Assembly: GCA_040954595.2 (NCBI GenBank)
Contig: CM082584.2
Coordinates: 10,448,190-10,512,189, forward strand
Direction: 5' to 3'
Length of the DNA: 64,000 nucleotides
Source of the DNA: Balanoglossus misakiensis
Lineage: Eukaryota; Animalia; Hemichordata
Part shown: piece by piece, positions 12,001 to 23,500 of the stretch
How the letters are laid out: each line of letters starts with the position of its first letter
Position numbering within the stretch: position 1 is the first letter of the stretch
Translations under genes and position numbers: made by a program
The notes under the pieces: generated by a model
Seen by the model: only the letters and a program-made list of their open reading frames with translations
Database searches by the model: none
Told to the model about the DNA's origin: nothing

Positions 12001-15000
12001 CTAGATGATGAGGCTGAATTAACAAAGGAAGCTCCAGCGACACCTCCCCCGTCACCGGTTGCCAAGATACTGGAAGAAAGTGCAGAAGATAAGCTGAATG
12101 AACAGGTATGTGTCCGTCAGTGATGTAGTATCTTGAACAAAACCCAAAAGAGGGTGGTAGCACATGTTGGTGTTGTTCAGTAACTGTGTGGATTGGACAG
12201 AGTCTAAGCTCTGAAACAAGGTACTACTTTGGTAACAGTAGAACACGGGCTACTTATTGCTTTGTCACATGGATGTGTGATCTGACCACTCATTTCTTTA
12301 GTATTATAAATGTACAAGGCTTTTCCCCAAACACTTCTAACCAATTCAAAGATATTTTTTACATTTTAGAAGATTTGACTGACTATGTTATCATGTTAGC
12401 TATTGTGTTGTGTAGTAGTGCAGTGTTGTAACTTGTGAAATGTCTTTATTTTGTCTTGGTCATCAGTGGTGTGTCTGAACTCCCGAAAAACTCCCACACT
12501 CATCAACCCCTCCACCTACCACGGAATGTTCTTAATATTTCCCTGCATAGTTGTTAAACCTACACAGACTTACTTTGATATCACAGATTGTGCCATAACC
12601 ACAGCAAACATCCCTTTATGCCCTATAAACATGTCGAAATCCACAGACCTGACACTAATATCCTAATCCCCTACAGCATCCCTATATCCCCGCTGACTGT
12701 TCTGGTCTACCTTATCTCCTGCTCTGGTAGGATTCTTTTACAACACCCACAGATTTTCTTCAGACCGAAATCATAAATATCCTCCCAAACCTTCCAACCC
12801 TCCTCCCCTGTCTTCCCAAACCCCTGTAGACCCCCAGCACCCCCCCCTTCCCATTTCACTATTAAACCACCCACTCAAAATAAATCACCAACCCCCGACC
12901 TGATTTGCATGAATGTTCCTGAGACGCACCAGCACCAGCCTGGGTCCCTCGCATGGTTAAAAGTCTATGTCTCTTCAGTGTGTCTTTTTCTTTTCTTTTT
13001 CGTTGTGGTATCTGTTGTGTAACGCTAGCTGGATGATATTAACTTCTGGTTATCTGGTACTGATGCACCCAAGCTTGGCGAGGATCTGGCCCAGTCTGCC
13101 GCTGCTACTCAAGAAACTGCCGAGGAGGTGGAGGACGAAGTCAAGGAGGTGAGTTGTCGTGCTCAAGTTGCTGGTCATAGAACTTGTAAGACTGTTGTAA
13201 ATCGTAGCTTAAATGTTTCAAAATCTCTGGAAGCGAACCTGTCATAATATGCATCCAGCATCATCAGGATTTCTGATCTCTCTGGTCTGTTAGAAGCACA
13301 AGAAGAAGAAGGAAAAGAGATCCAAAAAGGACAAAAAGGAAAGGAAGGAAAAGAAGAAGAAAAAGCATAGGGAAAGTGATGAGGAAGAAAATGGCTTGGA
13401 GGCGGAGCCAGAGCCAGTAATCCTGGAATCTCCACTGCCGGTTAGTGCGTAGGGTGTTTGAGTGTGTGGATGGATGTCTTTCTGTGTGTGTGTTTGTCTG
13501 TCTGTCTGTCTGTCTGTGTGTGTGTGTATGTGTTTGTGTGTTTGGATGGATGTGTGTATGTACTCATATTACTTAACTAAAATAACTGTGGTGTGTTTTT
13601 TTCCAGCCAATGACCAGTTACAAACTTCTTGGTGAGAGCGAGTTCATCAAAATGGTAAGTTATTTTTCTAGGGAAAAAATCACACATGTATGTGTGTGTA
13701 CCACTGTGTACAGTATACAAAGGGTGTAATTTGATATGTGTGTAACATTGACTTTTGGAAATGTGAGGTGACACTACCATTGATGTGTGCATTTTCTGTT
13801 GTTTTATTTCAGACGTATGAAACAAGGGTACTGCCATCTCAGAGCAACCAAGTGATTGTCTCTGTTATCTTTAGCAATCTGTGTCAGAAACACCTGAAAT
13901 CGTTAGATTTCAATGTTCTGGATTCGTTGAATACAAAACTTGTGAGGGAGGTAAGTTGTGGGTTTTTGATGTCACTATGATTGTAACACTCGGTATAAAC
14001 AAGTTAGTTCAACACATTGAATCAGTGAGTGCAACTCCACTGTTTATTTTCGTCAAACATAATTACTCTCAACCCATTATCTAAAGATTCCCACGAATTA
14101 CTTGTTGACAGGTTGGTGCCACGCCTCACGATGGAGTCAAAGTGCCATTCCAGTTACCACCGGGCGCTGCCAATGAAGGCCAGTTTGCATTCACCATAGA
14201 AAGCATCTGTATGGCGCAGAAGATGAAAGGAACGCTTACTTACATGATCAAGGTGAAGTTCTTTTTCAGCATGTGTGTGTGTGTGTATGCACATATGTAT
14301 GCATGGAAATCAACAATCTGCGTAAGAGTGCAGTGTGTGCAAAAGACAACTTCCTTATTTAGCAGCAATCAATGTTTGCACCTGTGTTGTCCCTATCATG
14401 TGTTACGCAACTCGTAATACTTTTGTATGTGATAACAGTAGCCTCTAAACAGAAGATAAAATATCAATCACAGTCTACAGATATTGCTATTATTTGGAGG
14501 CCATCAGAGATCACTGATGTTAATCCATATAAGTCAATTTGGAGGTCATCACAGGTTGCTAACCTCCCAAGATCCATGTGGAGCTTTTCAAAGGTCGTTG
14601 AACTCCTCTCATTATGAAGAGCCTGCATAGCTGCAGCTTATTTACAGATTTTTTCTGATTACATTTTACAGGACGATGAGGGGTCAACCCACGAAAAGAT
14701 CGATTTTAAATTACTCTTACCGATATCAACGTATATGGTTGGACGGCCGTGTAAGAGGTATGTCATTTGTTGTGAGTCTTGCAAAATTCTGCCTTGGTGG
14801 GATATACTTGTTCTACACAGCATAAGATCTTATATATGATGGACAATTTTTTGGGGGTGGGGGGAGGGGGAGTAGGTAGTCTGTCTTGATGCCACAATGC
14901 TGTAAATTTATCTTTTTCTGTTGTTGTATTTTTGCCTCAGTGATCAGTTTGCAGAGCTGCTTGGAGGTGGCGACCTGACGGCCAAATATTCTCTGACATT

Positions 15001-15469
15001 CACACTACCTGATAATACTGAATTTTCGCACGTGGTGGCTAAGACGTGTTTCTACGGGCATTTGTCACTTGTGGAGAGGGTGGACAACACGGCTTCATTC
15101 TACGGCTGTTCGATACAGCAGCACCATGTGTGCATACTCATCAAGCAGATGGTAAGTAACATAGTTGCGTTTGGTAAGTGTGTGTGTAGTTGATTGAGTG
15201 TGTAGTACAGTAGCTGGCAGATGAATGGGAAGTGGTTGATGGTACATGAGTGTGAATGATGGTGGATGGCTGGTAAGTGTCTATCAGTCAATGATAGCAG
15301 TGGTCTTAAAGCTGGACGGTTTTTAATATGTTTACTGAATGTACCATATTTCTTGTTTTTTTTTTGCTTTCAGCCCAACAATGGTCTGTCAGTCGACGGC
15401 AAGTGCACCGACTCGTCGCTTCTATCAAATTTCGTGGATGAGATCAAGGCTATTCTTACTCAGCAGTGA
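22..15469 (+). CDS. AP3D1: AP-3 complex subunit delta (delta-adaptin), multi-exon, 5' end outside window
   Basis: GT-AG exons with continuous phase: 22-117, 1205-1366, [1836-1943 or 2426-2533], 3194-3259, 3399-3462, 3621-3760, 4011-4084, 4204-4253, 5230-5279, 6754-6802, 6906-7051, 7317-7465, 7624-7750, 8011-8349, 8509-8654, 8806-8904, 9061-9266, 10959-11113, 11222-11304, 11556-11769, 11911-12105, 13029-13148, 13294-13440, 13607-13654, 13813-13950, 14112-14252, 14672-14757, 14941-15151, 15374-15469 (3705 nt with one exon of the pair). The translation follows delta-adaptin as I recall it: QCIDEIKQELKQDNIAVKANAV, MLGYDISWAAFN, FPEALRPAFPRLKEKLEDPDPGVQSAAVNVICELAR, KYLGLLAM, K-rich hinge, C-terminal SVDGKCTDSSLLSN. 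Confidence 0.97.
1423..1541 (+). repeat. (TACAA)n pentanucleotide microsatellite, intronic
   Basis: More than 20 tandem TACAA units seen directly. Confidence 0.97.
1836..1943 (+). CDS. AP3D1: AP3D1 alternative exon A (108 nt, phase 0-0): DLSSQTQFEVGVALNGLSCFLTADLARDLANDIVGL
   Basis: tacag|GAT...CTG|gtaagt; open frame; homologous to exon B and to the single corresponding vertebrate segment. Confidence 0.9.
2426..2533 (+). CDS. AP3D1: AP3D1 alternative exon B (108 nt, phase 0-0): DINSATQYDAGVAMNGLANFMSADLGRDLANDVMTL
   Basis: tccag|GAT...TTG|gtaggt; same length and phase as exon A; open frame. Confidence 0.9.
5930..5938 (+). CDS. AP3D1: Candidate 9-nt microexon of AP3D1 (NLQ)
   Basis: atcttgtag|AACCTCCAG|gtaaaa in a phase-0 intron; frame preserving; TGCATG at 5910-5915 and many CTAAC/CTAAT motifs nearby. 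Confidence 0.4.
10271..10339 (+). CDS. AP3D1: Candidate 69-nt cassette exon in the AP3D1 hinge (GLKRKKLSSGERKGYKSAYSHIP)
   Basis: tttctag|GC...CCAG|gtgaat; symmetric phase 1-1 matching the host intron; open frame. Confidence 0.55.
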
Positions 15470-15714
15470 ATTTCACCCGTCTCCCTGCCTCTCTGAATTC
15501 ATCGTCCTCAAATCAACTTCCATGTGCATACTGTGTGTGTTATGGTTTCAGTCAGTCTCGTAGTGTCGTCTCGTCAGCCATTCCCCAGAATGCTTTGTAG
15601 CTGTGGTGTCTTGGACAACTTCGTTAGGTTGAGGGCGCCCTGACAGTCGCCCGTTCGCTGTTGCAGTCCAGTTGGAAAGTCAAGCCAGTTTATAATCCTA
15701 TTTTATTTTGTAAA

Positions 15715-15720
15715 AATAAA
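15715..15720 (+). terminator. Candidate polyadenylation signal of AP3D1
   Basis: AATAAA ~245 nt after the stop codon. Confidence 0.45.
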
Positions 15721-17347
15721 ATACTGGCATCATAGAAAGAGAGGGTTTGTATTAACTGAACAGTATCATGGGCACTATTGTGTATTTAAAAAAATAGCCA
15801 TAACTATGGAAACAGTATACACAAGGAAGATGTACCAAGACATCAGCAGCTGTTTTTTTTCCTTCTTCCTATTCTTCGAATACATAAGGACTGTTGTAAA
15901 TCCCATTTACAGAGCATTACAGAAAGATACTTCAAATTATGTAGAAATACCACGTGTCCATCCCAACCACACAAGTATATAAGTGTATAGCTACAAGATG
16001 TACAGGTATGATAAGTGACATGGCAGTAGTACATGTAGTCTTATTTGGTAGCCAATGTTTTCAGCTGTCGTGTTCCAATGTGGTGTCGTGCAATTGTCTG
16101 TGATAAACTAGTGAGAATGGTAGGCAGAAAAAAGTAATGTTTTCCTTGGATTAATATTGTGTATCTGATACTCTTTACATTCGGGATTGAAGTTTCCTAA
16201 AGGATGTAATTAAAGGAAGAATGATGTAATTGTGTCTAAGAATCGAATGTGTTTCTCGCACACACTAACTTGGAATTTCTTTTTGTTTCTGATCGTATCC
16301 GATGTAGCTGTGTGATTGCATGATCAGGAAAGTTGTGTATTTTTTTTCTCAAATGAATAACTGTGAACATCGCTGACTCGGACAACCAGAAGATAACAAA
16401 TGGCAAAGGAAACAATGCAATCTTGGTTTTGTTTTGACAAGCTGTTTATTGTTAGGTTTTTGTTTTCGAAATTTTAAAATAAGTTCATGTTTTCGAAAGT
16501 GCTTGATTTTTTTCTTGACAATCTGTCTTCAAAACATCCCCTCTGCCCCGACCAAAGTATGTATTATTTTTTAGAGTTTGTATAATAGAAGATGTGAGCA
16601 GGGGAACTATGGAAAGGGAATTTGAAAGGTTTTTGTCACACACATTTTTTTAGTAAAAGAAAACCTGCATGTCAGCATTTTCATTTTCCAGTGACTTCAC
16701 ATTGATTTCATGATTGTTTAAAAAACAAAGAGTGTAGAAATGATTGATGTATGTAGGAATAAAAATTATGTACAGAGGAGGATGTGTGCTTGAAAGCCCC
16801 ATAAATCGTGTTTATGTGGAAAAATAAATTAGTATCTATGGCAACTGATATGAATGTGTGGCGTGTTCTTTTTCTATGGTAGTACCCATCTGACGAAACA
16901 TTTTGATGTACATGTAGTGAAGTATGCTTAAAGGGCAATGTGTTTGTCATGCAGTTGCTGTACACCCTTTTATATCTCATACCTATGGAATTTTCACTTG
17001 TTTCTGTAAGGTTTCTCAGGACATAGTCGATTGATTTACCAACTATGCATGGCTATAAAGCCCGTAATTAAATTGTAGCTGCACACACAAAAGAAACGAC
17101 ATTCAATTTTGTTTGTTTGTTAAAAATACGAGAATGACAAACAACTCGGGGCGAATTAATGAATAGCTGTTTTGTCCGAAGTTTTGTTTTCTTATCAAAC
17201 ACTTATTATCCCATTTGACGGCTTTACAGCCAGTAAACCGGGTACCAGGTTTGGTTGGTTGGTATGGTATGGTATATACAGGTATGGGAACAACCGGTTG
17301 GGCGCTCTCGTCTCTCACTGTGAAAACGAACGATCATTAGAGACCGG

Positions 17348-17357
17348 GTCACGTGAC
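17348..17357. promoter_or_regulatory. Palindromic E-box GTCACGTGAC (USF/MiT-TFE CLEAR-type) in the SPATA1-like promoter region
   Basis: Exact 10-mer palindrome ~150 nt upstream of ATG 17504 in a CpG-richer stretch. Confidence 0.4.
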
Positions 17358-17503
17358 GGTTGTTATCATACGCTTGCTTGACAACATCACGCTGAGCTGG
17401 CCACATCGATTGACTGACAACAGCCGCCTATCTGTACGAGTGTGTACCGTCTTCTCTCATTAGCTGATAACCATAGCTTTCATGGATTCGTACGCTGTAT
17501 AAA

Positions 17504-20500
17504 ATGAGTACTCGGCTGAGCAACGCGCTGGAAAGACCCCCTTCTGAACAGGTAAGCGGCGAAAAAAAAAATCGCCACGAATATGTGGCTGGGAATCTGT
17601 CGAAGCGACGCGTGTCACGTCGCTAGGTTTCATCATGGCGCACGCGTCGTAGATTTCAGTTTTCGGACCGAAGGTGTCCTGAATTGTCCTGGCTCAAAGC
17701 CCCCTGGGGGCAAGCCGTATATAAGTTGTACAATTTTTGTAGTCTGCGGACTTAGGAAAACCATGGACTTAATGCCTGTCTCAAAGGCTTCGAGTTTAGA
17801 CTTCTTTCGGGACAATACCCCGTCATTATAGTCGTTGCAAAGCGGATATGCAGTCCTTGTATCGGCGCTTATCCCGCTAAGATTATAGTTGAAACCATTG
17901 ACACTTGTGTGTGTATAACACACCTATGTATGAAACCCCGATTCACTGCAGATCGTGATTCGACAGTTTATTATAACTCTTGTTTCCGATATCACGATGT
18001 AACACTTCCTGCTTGTCAGACCTTTTGCCCGTGATAATGATTAAAGCGAACCGAGTCTGATCCCGACCTTACAGTTGTCCGCTGTTCACGTATTGCTCTG
18101 TGAACTAGTCGTAAAATACACCGAACTGTTTTCTATTTTGTGATCACTAAAAGTGGTTTACGGGCTCTGTTTTTGAAAAACAGACTCAGCCCGTAAACCA
18201 CTTTTCAGGTGAACCGTCCTAATATTTATGGAGTGGAGTTTATTATCGCGGGGGGAAAGGGAGGGGGGGGGGGGGGGGGGCTAAAAGGTGCAGCACAGAC
18301 TACATACAAGTTCAGTTTGTTTGCATATAATCCTGGCGCATAGTAATTTTCATGATGGTATTTGTGGTTATAAGTTGACATAGGTTATACTCATGATTCA
18401 AGGAAATGTTCTAGTCCAGTGTTGATGTTACACCGATATTTTAGTTTACTAAACAAATTATGGGAGGCAAAATTTGGCTTCGGAAGGCCTGTATTTAAAT
18501 GTCTATGTTATGTACGCCAGTCAGATATATATAACATAAATTACTTATTATTTACAAATAATGTTGCAATAAGTTTAAACTGTATTTTCAACTTTTCTGT
18601 CATATACCATTAACACAGCATATGCAATAAATAATTCATCCACATCGCCATCCCAGACGAACTTGTTAAAAGCGATACTCGACCAATTTTTTCCACGGTT
18701 TAGCCGAAGTGTAACATGATACCATTTGTTTTTGTGTACGTCTTCTCATCCATGTAAAAGAAACCATCTAATGTTCATGGTGTTCTTTAGTCTGCAGTTA
18801 CTGTTTACGCAGTTTCAAACAAAAGAAGTCTGCTTTTAATGGTGTCAAATTCTTTTTGCCAAGGGTTTTCGCTTTTTTTTTAAAATTGCAGTATTGAGAA
18901 CACTGTTTGATGTCCCGATACCCTGGGCAGGTGCTGAACAGAAACTAAAGCATTTATTAAAAGAGATTGAAAAATACTTATTCAATTTTGTGATGGTGTA
19001 TGGATTATTCATGGATAGCTTACGGCTTGTCATTCTTTCGGTGTGAACCTGCCGAAATATCAACATAATTGCGTTGGCCGGTCGGGCACGATGCAATTTG
19101 AGTCCATCAAAACCAGCGTTTTCACATGGGATTTCAAACTTTTCAGAGATGGAAAAATAAAAAACAAAAAAACGTATTGCTTGAGTTACACCAGTCATGT
19201 GACTACCATTATTACACACAACGTTGCCATGGTGTCACATGGTTTTAGAACTGTTGCTTCAGTCCTCCCTCTCCTCCTCTTCCTCATCATCATCATCATC
19301 ATCATCATGGCTCTGGCTTCTGATGAAATGTTTTTAAAACCAAACTAACTACATGTACATATGAAATATTTTTCTTTTAATGAACTTCAGTCTCATAAAC
19401 TTGTCTATTAGATCCAAGGGAAAATGTTAAAAGTAGCTACAGATATTTCACTTAAAAACATGACACTGTGTGTCCATAATGTGGCAATTGGCAAAATTGC
19501 TGCATATTTCTAAAAAAATATATACAATGAATTTACCAAAGTCTTACATTGTATAGTTCATGTCAGTCAGTCTGAGTATCAGTAATGCTACTTGTGTGTA
19601 TAAAATAATTACTTTGTTGTCATGGCGACTGGGATGTCATTCCGAATACATTACCGTGAGTACACTCAGTTTACGTCGTACAAATTTACACTGGATTGTG
19701 TCTCACTCCAAGGATGACATTATAACCGCTGTCCTGTTTGTTGAATCTTTGGTGACTTGTTTAAAAAGCAACGGCAAATAGTAGAATGCCACTTGACACT
19801 GTGTGTCTCCTGCACTTGGTTTGACATTTATTCTAATGGTGGCAGCAAACACAGAAAGAATTTGACTTATTGTCCTTCAGTAGACGGAGGAGGGATAGTT
19901 GGGTATTGCTGTTCTCAGTTAGAGCAATTTTAGCGTAACTGATCACGCGATGAGGTCACCTGACCGAAAGATAAGTGGAGCTAATTTTGAGTGGGAAATT
20001 TGGGGGAAAAACTGAATTATTTGTGAATCTTAATATTATACTGTAGTACAGTTATTGGCTATTTTCTGTGTATTTCATGTTCTGATTTCACTGGCTGGCA
20101 CAGTCTGAAAACTTGCCACGGTTAAGAAGCTATTGTGTTGGCCGCAGTTTGGTTGATAATAGGCAGTGTAGTTGGTTGATTTAAATTGTTCATTTGGCCT
20201 GCTATTGTTGTCCTAGCAGCGTTTGACACAATGCTTGCACCACTGCAATGGATGAGGTCATTGTACCTGTGATCTTCTACCTTTCCAAGTGGCGTAACAA
20301 AATGCCAATGTTGCAGTTGTTAATAATATGTCACCATTGTGGGTACAGACCGTACTCTGTGCCCTCCAACTTTAATTAATTTCCTGTAAGTACAATGTTA
20401 AATTTTAAGAGTTGATTGGCCTTGTTGGCCGGCCAATCAACCCTCGGCCAGATCATCTCGGACTCGACCGAACCTACAGCACACAATCATCATGAAACTT

Positions 20501-23500
20501 TAATGAACCTATTTGCTGGACAGTGAATACGAAAAAGCCAGCTGGAGTCTTCCCTCACCCGGAGAACAGATCAATAATTGCCTCAATGAGTCCTATCTCA
20601 CCAGAGCCTGTCACCATTGTCCAAATTGTCCGGCCGCATACTTTGCATATGTGATCTTTACTTCCCCTCGTAAACTGGACGCTTAATTCCACTAACAATC
20701 AATAATACATGATGTACTTTGTCCGGATTCAAGGCAGATTCTTTTAGTCGCCATTCAATGATTTGTGAAATCTATTGAAAGTGTATAAGCGGTATATACA
20801 CAGTATTAAATGAAATAAGATTTATAATACCAGTGAATTGATACACTTGTAGCAAGTGATGAGTTCGTGAGATCTTCATTCAAGGAGGTTTATGTCTTGT
20901 CCTCATGAAATAAAACTTGGCACCACAAAACCGATGTTACCAGTGTCATTCAATAGACATAGAAGAGTATACTTTGAAAGAGAAAAGTTGTCGAGCTGTG
21001 ATCCCAGGATACCTACCACATTGTTTGGAGAATATTGATCAGACAGTTGCTATCAGGATGTTTTGCGGTAGTGGGGTAAAATTACAATGTTGACGAGGCC
21101 AAGAAATATTATTAATTTAAAAAAATACACCAAACAATGGACTATTGTCTTTTGGTTAATTATCAAGTAAACTATGAAATGTTGGTCTGCACCTACAGAC
21201 ATTATTTTGGGAAATTTGTATTGTGTGTTTTGTAATAAAGGACAGTCGGTGGTTATTTCATTAGTCTGTTTTCATTACACAACATACCTTATTCTCAGAG
21301 GAATACTTTGCAGCCAGAAATTGCTCATTACAATGTATTAAACCATGTGTCTCTGTCATTAGTGTTTTACTCAAATTAAATTTCTGCATGGCTTAATTAT
21401 GGAATACATTGGATGACATGTGGTTGTAGAGTTGGTGAATTGATGTTTATCAAGGTTGATTAATAAGTCAATTGGTGAACTGATCAATCATTTTGTATAC
21501 AGATGGTCTTATAAAAGGACCGCCACAATTCGTTTACTCTGTACTGCTGACAAATACATGTTTCATTTCCATTCATGAGCCTTTTTTGTCTTTTCCTTTC
21601 CCTATAGCTCGCAGATCTTCACGTCTATGTTATCCCCATCGAGTCCTGGAATGACAAATTCCACAGTGCGTACAACGAAGTCATAAATGAGTCAGTTTCA
21701 GCAGGTTTTGTCAGGTAGGTGAGATTAATAAGACAGCTCCCAGATGTTGTCATCTGTTGCCATGGCAATGTGCCATACCATCAGATGTAGGGTAATCCAG
21801 TGTGATTTGTAAATGTAAATTATGTTGAAATTGCTCTTTTTATTGTCACTGTACAAGAAATGTGTGATTTCCTCTTCCTCTGGTAATTACTGTTTCTTGT
21901 GTATTGTGCCTGTTCATTTCATGTCACGGGAATCAACTATCCAGATAATAATTTATTTTTGTGAGAGAATCTGGGACAAAAATATATTAACCTCACAGTT
22001 CAGCTAGATTCGGCCAATCTGCAGTGTTTGCTGTCAGTCTGTTTGTGTAATAAATAATAATTTATGAAATACCAAAGTTCACCAATGTATCATGTCCAGC
22101 TGTGGTTTTAATAACCAGGACTGAACCTAAACAAGCTGTGTATATGTACATGGCATTGGGTTCAAATTCAGTGGCCGAGCAGATATGATTTCTTGAGTCT
22201 GTAGTGTTAGTCAAATAGTGTAGAGAGTGGTGAACGAATATTAGTGTGTATTCGTTGAATGGGAGCACTTAATGGATAAGATGTGGTCGTTATATCATTT
22301 GAAGTTTTCATTTTGAAAGCAGTGTACGTCCAACATGGCGTACTTGTACTTGATGACTGTGATCCCAAATCTCAAGGCCGTTAACGTGTGTGCTCTGAGT
22401 GCAAATGTATGCTGGAACAGCTCGTAGGTGGATACATGTTGATTGAACAGCCTCTCTGCCGGAACACATAATGGATTATTGACGACTATAGGCAAGAAAC
22501 ACATCGCTGGAGTGGTCTGTGTTAGAGTGAATAAAATAACCTCCAGGGGTATTTGAACAAATTATTTAATGACCGATTTAGTGATAAAATGTAGACATTC
22601 ACATTCTCACTGTTCGTACGATAATAGCAAAAAGTGTCTTTGTTATGTGTGTGTGTCAAAGACTCAAGGGAATGTTATTGATTCCTCGTGTGCTGTGGTG
22701 ATGATGTCATCCGTCTTTACAACCAATGCGTGTGTCTGCTGTAGGTGTGTTTGTTAGCCCTGTTTCCAAGGTTACAGTGAGGTCATCAGGAAATGCATGT
22801 GTGGGAAGAAAAACACATGAAAGAACGTTCACCGTCAGTTTCAGAGAATTTACTGAGACTCAGAAGAAAAAACAAAAGTGATGGAAAGAGCCCCAAATTA
22901 AGAAGAGAATATTTCAGACTGGTGTATTCCTGTTATTCAAATGCCTATCAATGTATTGTACATAAATTTTAGAAATTTGCGTTATGATGGTGGTTTTATA
23001 ATTAATACGACATTTAACTCCAGTACCATGCACTGGTTGTGTGACAGGGTTGATCAGAGACACACATGTGTGATCTAGTTGAAGCAAACAGTTCTGTTAT
23101 CAATTGAACTTTATCATGATTGAAACCTTGGGTGTCATCAGTTCACAGTATAGTCTTAGTGTAGGACTCAGAGTTACCAATTGAGAAGTTGTAGCCAGGT
23201 TGCGATTAGGGGTTGTCCCAGATAAAGTTCACCTCAGTGTAATCCCATCCCTACTTGTCTACAATTGTTTTACATCCTGTTGCAAGATTTAGAAAATGTC
23301 CGTATCTGTCCCATAAATATGAAGTCTTTGTATAACTGTGTTTATTACTTCTGCTGTAAACATCTGAATCAGTAATATGCACCAGGGTCATGGTTGAAAA
23401 GAACGCTCCGTTAAGTTTTGTAAATATCAAAATGTCAGCATGGCTTTAAACGATCCATCAACGTTCCACTAAAAGGCTGCAGTGTTCCAGAGCGAGTGAG

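Noticed and set aside
12480-12960. C-rich intronic stretch with CTAAT motifs, a possible hidden AP3D1 exon
   Set aside because: No convincing acceptor/donor pair with an open in-phase frame.
15470-21600. Search for a G-protein gamma or chitobiase neighbour as at the vertebrate SPATA1 locus
   Set aside because: No such coding sequence was recognised.
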